Position numbers and translations under genes: made by a program. The notes beneath the pieces are model-generated. The model had not been told where the DNA came from. It did no database searches and saw nothing but the letters and a program-made list of their open reading frames with translations. Shown piece after piece: positions 1 through 10,600 of a stretch of DNA of 44,151 nucleotides. The first letter of the stretch is position 1. Every line of letters begins with the position of its first letter. Source of the stretch: a virus (taxonomy: Duplodnaviria > Caudoviricetes); the IMG/VR virus record IMGVR_UViG_3300032315_000313, positions 1 through 44,151 of that record; one strand, 5' to 3'.

Positions 1-3000
1 TACCTATACGAGATGATACATATTTGTTAGTTTGGTATAATGGGGCTATTGGCAACCTATATGAATAGTTTACTGTATCTGTTGAATAATTAATAGCCCT
101 AAGTACATTAGCTTTATATATTTCTTCAGCCACTTCTGGAAGTTTACCAAAATCTAAAGGTTCTTTAATAGCTGTTTGTACTTTTATACTAGGGTTACTC
201 ATTACAGCAAGATGAACTCCTAGGTTTTTATTTTGCAATACTCTTTTTTTAGTTTTAGAGTCTTCAATATTTCCATCAGTTATTTTATGTAACCTGCCTT
301 CAGTTAACATGGTACTATACATATATACGTATAGTTTATCTATATCAAAGTCAGACCCCATTTGCACAGTTAAATCTCTAGAAGCTACTACTAAATCTCC
401 CATATATCGTGGAGTAAATCCAACAACTTCTAATAAAGCTTTAGAGTTTGGCCCCTGATTAGGTATTCTGAATCCAAACATTTGTAATATATCTGAGTCT
501 ATTTTAGACATATCTAGGTATTTTACTCCATCTTTTTCTAAAATAAAATTATTTATATCTAATATTTCGCCATCTTTATCTCTAAATCTCCAAGGTACTA
601 TTATTTGAGAACCTAAAACAATAGGTTTAACATTTTCTTTTAAATCATTTTTTACATAAGAATCCATCAATTCATTATGTAATTCATTATCTATATCTAT
701 TAAATTACCATCTACTTCAAATGCTATTCTTTGTGGCTTTAAACCAACTTTAGGATTATATGTAGGATTACTAGTATATGTAATATCTTTAGAAATACCA
801 TTGAATCCAGCTTCAGAAACTAATACACCAGAAAACCCAGGTTGTTTTTTCTTTCTAATTTTATTATCTAAAATAGATATTAGTAATGATTCTATTTTAT
901 CAAAATCTGGTAAAAACTGTAAAGAAACTAATAATCTATTGTAATCACTTCTTTTTCTTAGTAATTCAAATACGTGTGGATTATAGTTTCTAGCTATAGC
1001 TTCTTTTTCAATAAGCTTTATTATCTTAGTTCTATCAACTTCTCCATTAACAAGTATTTCTTTTTTAAAATCTTCTAAAGCTTCTTTAAATATTTCTTCT
1101 TGTATTTCTAAGTATTTTTGTTTTAGTTGGGCTCCAGACCTAGAAGTATTATCGTTCATCCATGCTGGTAACTCAAACCCATCAATATCCATAAACCCAG
1201 TAAATAAGTTATTATCTACTTGAGAAGAACGAGTTATTTCTTTTTTATTTTTATTATAAGGTACTTCTTGTTGTATTCTAGTACCAGACCTATCTAAAGA
1301 AACTACCCAAGGTGATACATCTAAACTAATATCTATAGTACCATCTTGTTTAAATAATTTAGGTAATTTACCATCAACTAACTTAGCTCCAAGCTTTTGC
1401 CCAGATTTAAAGTCTAATGTTTGAATATGCTTTTTAAAATTAGTATCTCTATTAATTTTAGTGGCATCACCTTCTAATATTGTTCTTATGTCATCTAAAG
1501 GTGTGCCTTTTACTAACTCAGGTATTAATGGAAATCTAGAGTTTTTAATATAATTAACTAATTCTGTATTTAATACGTCATCTATTGTATTAGATACATG
1601 AACCGGTTTCATAGGTTGCCCTAACGGTTGAGTTAGCTTAGATAATAATTCTTCTGGTAAGTTTGTATAATTATCTAAAACAGTATAATACTCTTCTTTA
1701 CTAATATATCCATGCATAGCTAACATTCTAGCATGTTCTTCTAATGTAGTTAATCCTTGAGCATCTGCTACGTTGATACCATCTTTTTGATTATACTTGG
1801 TATCTTTACCAAATAATTTTGCTATAAATACTTTGGCTAAAGATGCTGTTTCAAAATCATCAACAGTTAAATGATTGTAAGTTTTAGAATCCTGTGGAGT
1901 TCCATGAAATAAGCTTAAATCTCCTTCATAACCAGGAGCATTTAATAATGCTAATCGTTTACCTAAATTAATTAATGTAGAAGCAATATTATCATCAATA
2001 TTTTGGGAGCTACTCTTTTTAAAGTATAAAGCTGGGTCTCCAGTAACCATATTAAACATGTTAAAATTAGTAATTAACGAATTTAATACATAATCCGCTG
2101 CTGCGTATTGAATAGCTTTACTACTTTTATCTTTATCTTGACCAAATTTAGTTTTTACAAACTCTAAATATTCAGAGTTTAACATCTTATTAGAGTATGA
2201 TACTCCATTTTTTTCTATAAACTCATTTTCTAACCAAGACGCTATAGTAGCTTGATATAAACTATAGAATACACTTTGCATATATTCTTCTAATAGTTGG
2301 TAAGTACCATCAGCTTTAATAGCTTCTAAACTTCGTAACTTATCCCCTATATATAGTCTTTCTCTTAATACAGCAGAAAGCTCATTACCAAAAGTAGATT
2401 CTTTGTTTAGTGCATTAAATACTATAAATTTACTTGCCCCATCTTTATACCCAGAAATATTAATAGATTCTAATTCTTGCGAATAAACTATTCTATTATA
2501 TTCAGATAATACCAATGACATCATAGCTTCTAAACTATTATCATTAGCATCATTAGAAGTACGTAAAGAAACAATATCTGTAGTTGGGTCTATTTGTATT
2601 CGAGTATTATGTAATACTGTTTTAATGCCCATTAATGTCTCTTTATCAGACATAGTAAGCCCAAACATATTTCCTACCCTATATGCTTGGCCACTAATAA
2701 TAAAACTTCTATTTCCATTAAAAAACGAGTTTAGCTTAAAAAACTCTAATTCTCTACTATTTAATTTAGATATATGCTTAGCATATTTACCAGATTCTTT
2801 TATAGAGTCTACATAAAATAACTCAATAGTATTTCTAAACACAATATTATCTCTTATCTTATTTAGAAATATGGATGCATTATTAAATGGAGTTTGTAGC
2901 AGTCTATCTAAATAAGAATTAGAAAAATTTTCATTAGAACTATCAGATTTTAATAATTTATCTAATTTTAAATTAAAATATTTATTTAAAGAGTATGAAA

Positions 3001-6000
3001 ATATAATATCATTATTAGCATTCTTATAGCTATGCGTATATGCTGAATCTATAAATTGAGCATAAAAATCTACAAAATTAGTTATGCCTTTATTATTCCA
3101 TAATGGATTACTAAAAGCAGTAACATCTAATTCTACTTTTTCATCATCAGACTCTTTTTGTTCATCTAGCAATAACTCATATGAAGTTACTAGACTATTT
3201 ATACCACTAATGATATTTTTAAATATACCAGCATTAGAAGTAAATTGTTGTTTAAAATCTAAATATTTATTATTACTACCACTAGTAACATAATATACTT
3301 TGCTATCAGATAGTTTTTGTAATTGATATATTACATCTAATGGTACAACTATACCTATTTTTTCTAATGCTTTATGAATATCTTTTATAGCTTTATTAGT
3401 ATCATTTGACTTAGCATAATTAACAGCTATATCAGACATTTCTTTAGCTATTTCTTTTAGTACTTCTACTCTTTTAGAAACACTTGATTCTAATCCAGCT
3501 GGGCTATTCATCCATTCTTCATTGAATTGATTTATAAGTCTTTTCTGTAAATTAGATTGGTCTAAAGACATAAATCTAGTACTAACATTATCATTATAAT
3601 CAGTACTCCATATAAGCATTTTTAAGTCTATATAATGCCCTGTAGCCCATCTAGTAAACTGCGCTCTTAGTTGACTATTATCTTGTATAACTTTACCATC
3701 TTTATCTTTGCTATCTTTTAATGCATTTATAACCCCTAATAGCCAAGACTTATATTGTATTTGCTCTTGCATTTTTTGTTCTAATGCATTATAGTTATTA
3801 GCTTGACCAGCTAACATTGCTTTAGTACCTTCTAATACAACATGTAATGGTACTATTTTAGGCATACCAATACTATTTTTCTTGGCTTTATACTGACCTT
3901 TATCATTTTTAATAGGCTTACCATCTTCTAATTCATAATCTTTTATAAAAGCTAATTTTGCTTTTAATTTATTCTGAATAGTACTATTAGGATTTTCTTT
4001 ACCTACTTGGTCATTATAATTATTTTTTTCTTTTTCGTCAGAATCTTCTATGCCTTCAACATCATTTATTTCATCAGTTAAATAGGCTTCTATTAAATCT
4101 GAATCAACTAATTCAAATATATCTTTTAAATTCCCTACAAACCCATTAACTAGTTTTTCTGTAATTTCCCAATTATCATATGCTGCTTTTATAGCTGGGT
4201 GTGTATTTATTATCTTAGCTATATATTCTTCTTTTACTTCTTCTAATGGTGTATTTGTAGCGACACTAGCATAAGCTATTAATTGTACTATATCATATTG
4301 CTCTTGAGATTTACCTTCTAACCCAGGTATAATTAAAGCAGTGCTTAAATCTAGTGTCCTAAGGTTATCTAAATCTACTGGTGCATTATTGCTTGCAACA
4401 GGAATATCTTGATTAACAGCTTCAACAGCTCCACTTAAATTAGGTAAATCTTCTGGAAAGAAAGTAGCTCTATTATTTTCTAATTCATCTTCTAATGAAG
4501 GTATATCTGGGTATTCAATATCATCATATGGATTAAAATATATATTAGCACTTTCTAAACCTAACTCATTTGCTATATCATTTAAATCAGGTACTTCTGG
4601 TATTTCAAATACTTCTGGTTTTTCAAAAGGGGTATCTTTTACTGTATTTGTGCCGTTAGAGTAAATATCTCTAATAGCTTGTTTACCTAGTTCATTTATT
4701 TCTCTAGTACCTATACCTGCAAAGTTTTTAGTAAGTGTTGGTGTGGGTATAGAAATAAAATTATTTGCTTCATTATTCCATTGATACCAACCAATAAGGT
4801 AATCTTTTGTTTCTGTTTGATTAAATACATATACAGGTTTATTGTGATTTATACCCATACCAACAGCATAACCAGTACCACCTGTAACTGATGGAGCCAT
4901 TGCTACCCTTGTATCATTTTTTTGATTAGGGAATATTTTTTCCCCAGTGCTTACTATTTTACCTATTGCAAATATAGCATCTGAGTGTTTTACTTGGCTC
5001 CAATTTCTTATTAACCTAGAATCTTTCATTGCAGCATATTGATAGCCAAAATTTCTTTTAGCTGCTTTAGCAGATTCAAATCTACCTTCATTAAAATCTG
5101 TAGTGCTTATCTCTGTATTACCTCTTGGAGTTTTAGTACCAGTCCAATAATGTCTATTATTAACCATACCAAATTCTTTACCAATATCTTCCCATACAGA
5201 ATCAGAGCCAATGGCACCACCAGAATGATTTACATAGTTACTATAGTCTAGTGTAACTACTACAGTCTCATTAGATTCATCTATTGATGGTAATAAGTCG
5301 ATATCATTCAAATTACTATTCGTAATAGTAACTTCATTCCAAGTATTACCATATTCATCTGTTATTTTATTAAATGTTTTAATGTTAGAAATTACAGTAT
5401 CTATATCAGATTTCCAATCTTCAAATCCATAAGTTGCACCTCTTGCATCAAATCTTCTTTTAAATTCATCTTTTGGGATATTAATAATAATATCAAATTG
5501 TTCAGCATTTGATTTTAAAACATTAGTGTTCGATATAAGTAATGGTTTATTTTGGTCTTTTGCTATTTTTTTAACTTTATTAAACAAATTATTCATAAAG
5601 TCATTATATTCTTTAGGCTTTCTACCTTTGTACTCTTGACGAGTTTCTTTACCTCTATTAGAATCTATAAAAGAATTTATTTCATCTGCATAATCATCAT
5701 CTAATGTTATAAAAGATTTATCTTTATTGTTTTTTAAATATGTTTTACCTATTGTAGGATGCCCAAATACTATTTGAAAACCATTTGGTGTAAATACATC
5801 TGACAAAAACTTATCGGTTGTTATCAATTGTGCTCCAAATTGTTTTCTGAGAATATTAGTTACAATATTTTCATAGAATTGAGCAGTTTTTAATAAGTTT
5901 GGGGTACTTGATTGTATTTCTTCTTTATTTTGAATTAAATATTTATTAACTCTTTCTAATTCTTGTTCTTTTGTTAATAACTTATTACCATATTTATATT

Positions 6001-7606
6001 CATTTTTATTAGAATTTTTAATTTCATTTATTTGCTTAATAATATCTTTTTGTTCTTCTTTTAATTCTTTTAATTTTTGTTTCCAATTGGACTCTTTTTC
6101 AAAATAAGCATCAGCTTCTGCATAAGATTTAAATCTACCAGCACTTTCTATTTGTATAATAGTATCGAGTCTAGGAAATAATACTTTCTCATATCCTTTC
6201 TTAGCACTATCTTGTATAATAGATTTAATAAAAAACGTTACCCAATTATTGTCTTTGTTTAGAAGTTGTAGGAATTGATTTTGTGTAGGTTTTTCAAAAG
6301 CTTCAATTACAGCTTTATTTCCTTCTATCTCTTTTTCTCTTTTTTTAATTTCATCTACTTGTTCAGGATATAACCTTTTAAAGTTTTCAAGTGTTTCTAC
6401 TCTATTTTTAAGTAGGGTTTTTAACTCCCACATTTTCTTTTTAGTAGCTTCATTTTCATTTAATATTAATGAATCTTTATCTCTAACCTTTTGAAAAAAA
6501 GATTGTACTTCTAATATTCTACGAGTTTTAGTAGCTATTCCTCCTTTAGTAGCTTTTTTAAAAGTCATAGTTTCATCATCTTCCTCAAAATAAGTTTCTT
6601 GAGTTCCCACAACAGCTTGTTCATCACTTCTAAACCAACCTGCCATATCTCCCCTAGATTGATTAAATTCATTATCATGATACCCACCATTAGCTGATAT
6701 AGAATTAACAATACCTACAGTTCTAATAGCATTTTCTGTGTAATTAGTACCCCCTGCTACTGTTAGGTTAGAGTGATGTTGAGTTGGTTTTCTTTTATTT
6801 TCTTTTTCTTCTATTTGTTTTTTACCTTTTTCAGACAACACCTCTTTCATGCCTATAATATTGCCTTCAGCATCATACTCTTCTACATAATCTGTATCAG
6901 GTATAAATTCTTGGGGTTCAAAATTACCCTCACCAGTAGTATCTACCATGTCATAATTTTGACTTGGTTCTTTAGCAATATTAATCTCAATAGTATAACT
7001 ATAATTAGCTAATATTTCAGTAAGTATGTCATCTTTAGACATACCATCTTTAGCAATAGCTTTAAACAGCTCTAATTGCTCTTTAGGCACGCTTGATTTA
7101 GTAAGGTCATTTAACCATCCTTGTAATTTAGATGATTCAAACTTGTTTCTTTGAAGTTTATTTAATCCATTAACAAGTTTTAGTTGATAATTAACATTAT
7201 TGCTTGGTTGATTTGGATTAATATCTGTAAAAGGCAACAAATCAATATCAAGCTCTTTTGATACTAATTTTTCTACTAGTATTGTATATGAAGTATCATC
7301 AACTTTTACTGCTCTAACTTTAGTACCAAATAGCTCTTTATACCTTTCAACTTCTTTAGTTATAGCATTACCAGTATAGTCTATTCTACCGTTAGTAGTA
7401 AGTTTATTGTAATTAGTATTAAATGCTTCAACAGCTTTTTTACTTCCTATTTTAGGTTTAATAACTAAATCTCTTAGTTTAATAGCTTCTTGTATAGTAT
7501 CTGGTACTTCATAGTTATTAGCTGCCCATACAGAGTATGCTTCGTATTCTCCTAAAGCAGAAACCAGGTCTTTAAACCTAGGGTCATTAGAACAAATGTA
7601 ACTCAT
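1..7606 (-). CDS. Giant virion-packaged RNA polymerase (crAss-like, phi14:2 gp66-type), >2500 aa, truncated by the window edge; carries N-terminal accessory domains
   Basis: Not in the ORF track, consistent with having no stop inside the window. The ATG at 7604-7606 overlaps the upstream TAA (TAATG) and the protein begins MSYICSNDPRFKDLVSALGEYEAYSVW. The same frame gives GFRIPNQGPNS...QMGSDFDIDKLY (DFDID at 338-352), plus ADAQG (~1755-1770) and QPMKPVH (~1600-1620). Frame checked by hand at several points only. Confidence 0.93.
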   Translation of the reverse strand, partial: MSYICSNDPRFKDLVSALGEYEAYSVWAANNYEVPDTIQEAIKLRDLVIKPKIGSKKAVEAFNTNYNKLTTNGRIDYTGNAITKEVERYKELFGTKVRAVKVDDTSYTILVEKLVSKELDIDLLPFTDINPNQPSNNVNYQLKLVNGLNKLQRNKFESSKLQGWLNDLTKSSVPKEQLELFKAIAKDGMSKDDILTEILANYSYTIEINIAKEPSQNYDMVDTTGEGNFEPQEFIPDTDYVEEYDAEGNIIGMKEVLSEKGKKQIEEKENKRKPTQHHSNLTVAGGTNYTENAIRTVGIVNSISANGGYHDNEFNQSRGDMAGWFRSDEQAVVGTQETYFEEDDETMTFKKATKGGIATKTRRILEVQSFFQKVRDKDSLILNENEATKKKMWELKTLLKNRVETLENFKRLYPEQVDEIKKREKEIEGNKAVIEAFEKPTQNQFLQLLNKDNNWVTFFIKSIIQDSAKKGYEKVLFPRLDTIIQIESAGRFKSYAEADAYFEKESNWKQKLKELKEEQKDIIKQINEIKNSNKNEYKYGNKLLTKEQELERVNKYLIQNKEEIQSSTPNLLKTAQFYENIVTNILRKQFGAQLITTDKFLSDVFTPNGFQIVFGHPTIGKTYLKNNKDKSFITLDDDYADEINSFIDSNRGKETRQEYKGRKPKEYNDFMNNLFNKVKKIAKDQNKPLLISNTNVLKSNAEQFDIIINIPKDEFKRRFDARGATYGFEDWKSDIDTVISNIKTFNKITDEYGNTWNEVTITNSNLNDIDLLPSIDESNETVVVTLDYSNYVNHSGGAIGSDSVWEDIGKEFGMVNNRHYWTGTKTPRGNTEISTTDFNEGRFESAKAAKRNFGYQYAAMKDSRLIRNWSQVKHSDAIFAIGKIVSTGEKIFPNQKNDTRVAMAPSVTGGTGYAVGMGINHNKPVYVFNQTETKDYLIGWYQWNNEANNFISIPTPTLTKNFAGIGTREINELGKQAIRDIYSNGTNTVKDTPFEKPEVFEIPEVPDLNDIANELGLESANIYFNPYDDIEYPDIPSLEDELENNRATFFPEDLPNLSGAVEAVNQDIPVASNNAPVDLDNLRTLDLSTALIIPGLEGKSQEQYDIVQLIAYASVATNTPLEEVKEEYIAKIINTHPAIKAAYDNWEITEKLVNGFVGNLKDIFELVDSDLIEAYLTDEINDVEGIEDSDEKEKNNYNDQVGKENPNSTIQNKLKAKLAFIKDYELEDGKPIKNDKGQYKAKKNSIGMPKIVPLHVVLEGTKAMLAGQANNYNALEQKMQEQIQYKSWLLGVINALKDSKDKDGKVIQDNSQLRAQFTRWATGHYIDLKMLIWSTDYNDNVSTRFMSLDQSNLQKRLINQFNEEWMNSPAGLESSVSKRVEVLKEIAKEMSDIAVNYAKSNDTNKAIKDIHKALEKIGIVVPLDVIYQLQKLSDSKVYYVTSGSNNKYLDFKQQFTSNAGIFKNIISGINSLVTSYELLLDEQKESDDEKVELDVTAFSNPLWNNKGITNFVDFYAQFIDSAYTHSYKNANNDIIFSYSLNKYFNLKLDKLLKSDSSNENFSNSYLDRLLQTPFNNASIFLNKIRDNIVFRNTIELFYVDSIKESGKYAKHISKLNSRELEFFKLNSFFNGNRSFIISGQAYRVGNMFGLTMSDKETLMGIKTVLHNTRIQIDPTTDIVSLRTSNDANDNSLEAMMSLVLSEYNRIVYSQELESINISGYKDGASKFIVFNALNKESTFGNELSAVLRERLYIGDKLRSLEAIKADGTYQLLEEYMQSVFYSLYQATIASWLENEFIEKNGVSYSNKMLNSEYLEFVKTKFGQDKDKSSKAIQYAAADYVLNSLITNFNMFNMVTGDPALYFKKSSSQNIDDNIASTLINLGKRLALLNAPGYEGDLSLFHGTPQDSKTYNHLTVDDFETASLAKVFIAKLFGKDTKYNQKDGINVADAQGLTTLEEHARMLAMHGYISKEEYYTVLDNYTNLPEELLSKLTQPLGQPMKPVHVSNTIDDVLNTELVNYIKNSRFPLIPELVKGTPLDDIRTILEGDATKINRDTNFKKHIQTLDFKSGQKLGAKLVDGKLPKLFKQDGTIDISLDVSPWVVSLDRSGTRIQQEVPYNKNKKEITRSSQVDNNLFTGFMDIDGFELPAWMNDNTSRSGAQLKQKYLEIQEEIFKEALEDFKKEILVNGEVDRTKIIKLIEKEAIARNYNPHVFELLRKRSDYNRLLVSLQFLPDFDKIESLLISILDNKIRKKKQPGFSGVLVSEAGFNGISKDITYTSNPTYNPKVGLKPQRIAFEVDGNLIDIDNELHNELMDSYVKNDLKENVKPIVLGSQIIVPWRFRDKDGEILDINNFILEKDGVKYLDMSKIDSDILQMFGFRIPNQGPNSKALLEVVGFTPRYMGDLVVASRDLTVQMGSDFDIDKLYVYMYSTMLTEGRLHKITDGNIEDSKTKKRVLQNKNLGVHLAVMSNPSIKVQTAIKEPLDFGKLPEVAEEIYKANVLRAINYSTDTVNYSYRLPIAPLYQTNKYVSSRIG

Positions 7607-10600
7607 TATTTATTTTTACAAAAATTTATATTTTTAAGAATATCTTTTTCAGTAACGAGATTTATAGTATTTAGTTTTAAATTAGACGTAGTTGGTAAGT
7701 AATCTATATTAGATAAATTTAAACTAGATATTAAATTTAATTCTATACCAGATTCTCCACCTAATTGGTAAAATAGCTCACTATTTTTGGCGTCTTTTTC
7801 AACAAATTCTTTAAATCCTTCTATATCTTGTTTACTTCCTAATATATGTATTTGTTCTGGTTCAAATACTACATAAACATCCGATATAAAAGGGTCTTTG
7901 TAATTATTTAAAATTACCCCATCATTAATAGTTTTTACAGATTTTATGATTTGATTAATGTTACCAGATTTTCCCTTTTTATCTTCTACTTTAGGATTTT
8001 TAATATTTAAAACAACAGTAAATAATTGAAGTTTACTATTTTGTTTTTTTAATAACTCTGCTTTTTTTTCTATAATGTTTAAATCCTCTAATGCTTTTTC
8101 ATGCTCTTCTGTAAAATCTTCAAATTCACCAAAATATAATTCTTTGTTTCTACTTTTTATAAAAACAGAACCTTCTCCGAAAGGATTTCTTTTATCTATA
8201 TAGTCTGATTTTTTTACTAACTCGTAATATAGTTCATTATTATCTTTATTATCTTCATATCTTTCTATTGATTCCTCTAAACTGATTTCTCCCCAATCTT
8301 TTTCTGTTTTTTGTGCATAACTACCTGCTGTAGCTTTATTATTTGAAAAAAAGAAACCTTGTAAAGAACTAGGTGCTTCTGTATTTTTACCCAGTTCATC
8401 TTTACTAAATTTATCAAATTTCCCAAAAGAAGTACCATGATAAACAATATCTTTTACTTTACTATTAGGAAATATAGTATCAAGATATTTAGAGTATAGT
8501 TGTAGAGCTTGTTTTTTTTGTTCTGAGGTTAATTGATTTTGTAATCCTATATATTGATAGGTACCGTATTCTCCAGATTGAGTAGCTAAACCTAAATCAA
8601 GTAATCTTTTCCATATTTGTAAAGCATCATCGCTTAATTGGTCATAATTTACAAGATGTTTTCCTTCTTTTAAAAGTTCTTCCCCTCTAATTATATATAA
8701 ACTAAGCCCTAATCCTTGTTTTCTATATTGTTCAGGTATAAATATTCTATCAAAAGCAACACTTTTTTGAGTTTTGTTTTTAAAATCATTTGTATCTAGT
8801 ACGATAATTTTTTTACCTTCTGCTTTTTCTACCTCTTCAATAGTATCAGCTATACCAATTTGATGTATTTTTTTTAAATCTTGTTCTGCTTTTTTAATTC
8901 TATTTGCGGCTTCTATATTATTTTGTTTAAACCCTAAAGCTTCATCTACTTGATTAGCTAATTCAGGATTAGAATCAAATAGTTCTTGTACCCCTAGTTT
9001 AATATTATCATCAACACTAGGTAAATTATCTATAAAGTCATTACCAAATAGTTTATTATACTTATCAGATATATTATTAGTACTTTCTGATGATACTATG
9101 CCATTATTAGACTCTTCTATTTTTTCATTTACTGAACTACCTTTTTCTTTTTTATTTGAGTCCATATCAAACCTATAAACAGGTTGACGTATGTATGAAT
9201 ATTTACCATTACCCAAATCTACAGGAGCTAAAAATGTTTTAGTTATATTTTTAACATACTCATTATAAGAATTAAATTTTAATTGAACTAAGCTACCATC
9301 TTTAACTACAGTAAATATATATGGAGCTTTACTATTTAATAGTGGTATAGATACGTTAGGGCTAAGATTAGGTAATACATTTGATAAAATTAATCTTAGT
9401 TGTTTTTTATATTCTTCTACAGTAAGCTTTTCAGGAACTGCTTGTTTTCTAGCCCCTATATGTTTATTTCTATTATCTACTGTATCTTCGTTACCTACTA
9501 TATATTGTAAAGCTAAAAACTTATTATTATTTTTATCTTTAAAGGTAGCAAATCCAACATAATATTTAGAATTACCATCTACTTTTAATGGTGCTCTTAG
9601 TCTAAATTGTTGTTTAGAATTAGCTTCTACTTTTTCTAATATACTAGATTCATTTGTAAGATTTTCAGTCATAAAAAAGTTACTGACAAACTTAATTACA
9701 GAGTCTTTATCTTTATCTATACCAAAATCTATGGCACCATCTTCATTAGTAGGAAAATTAACATACGTCAATAGTTCTACTACAGTATTTATAATATCTT
9801 CACTGGTAAAAGAGCTACCATTATTATCAACTACATTTAAAGAGCTTAGCTCCCCAATTGTAGGTAATATTAATGGTAAAGCTGCTTTAGTTTCATTCAT
9901 AGGAATATCTACTACTATATAAGGAATAGCATTATGAATAACATTTGGAGTAGTAATATTTTTAGTTTCAGTTATTATATTCTGTTTCTGTTCACCATAT
10001 ACTAATTGGCCACTATCTCCAATAGCAATTTTAATATTAGTATCTGGTACATTATCACTAGTTTTATTTAATTCGTATTTACCATTTTCACCATCTAATG
10101 TAGTAGCTAATACATTTGAGGTAACCTCAATTATAGTAGTTTTGACTTCACCTTCCTTAATTACTTTATCTCTAAGTTTATTTAAATTTTCAATGGCTGT
10201 AGGTATATCAACACTTCTAGGAACATTACTTAAATTTACCCAACTTGGTAAATGTACATAACCAACTAAAGTTGTACCTTTGTATATACCAATAGGCACT
10301 TCATTATTAGCTTCAGCCTCTTTATAAGAAATTAGTTTATTATTAGAATCATAATATGGTACAAATTCACTTTTTGAAATAAATTTTAATACAACTTCTG
10401 TACCTACTGGCATAAAGTCAGGGTCTAAAAGTTTAATATATAATGAATTAGCTTCTAAAGAAATAGATTTTTTATTACCTTTTGTATCAACTTCATACTG
10501 TTGGTCTAAATAAGCAATAGAGTTTTCTGGACTAGTATTCTTTTTCTGTGGCTCAAATGGGTCTAATTGCTCTTCTATATTATCAACACTAGAAGATATA

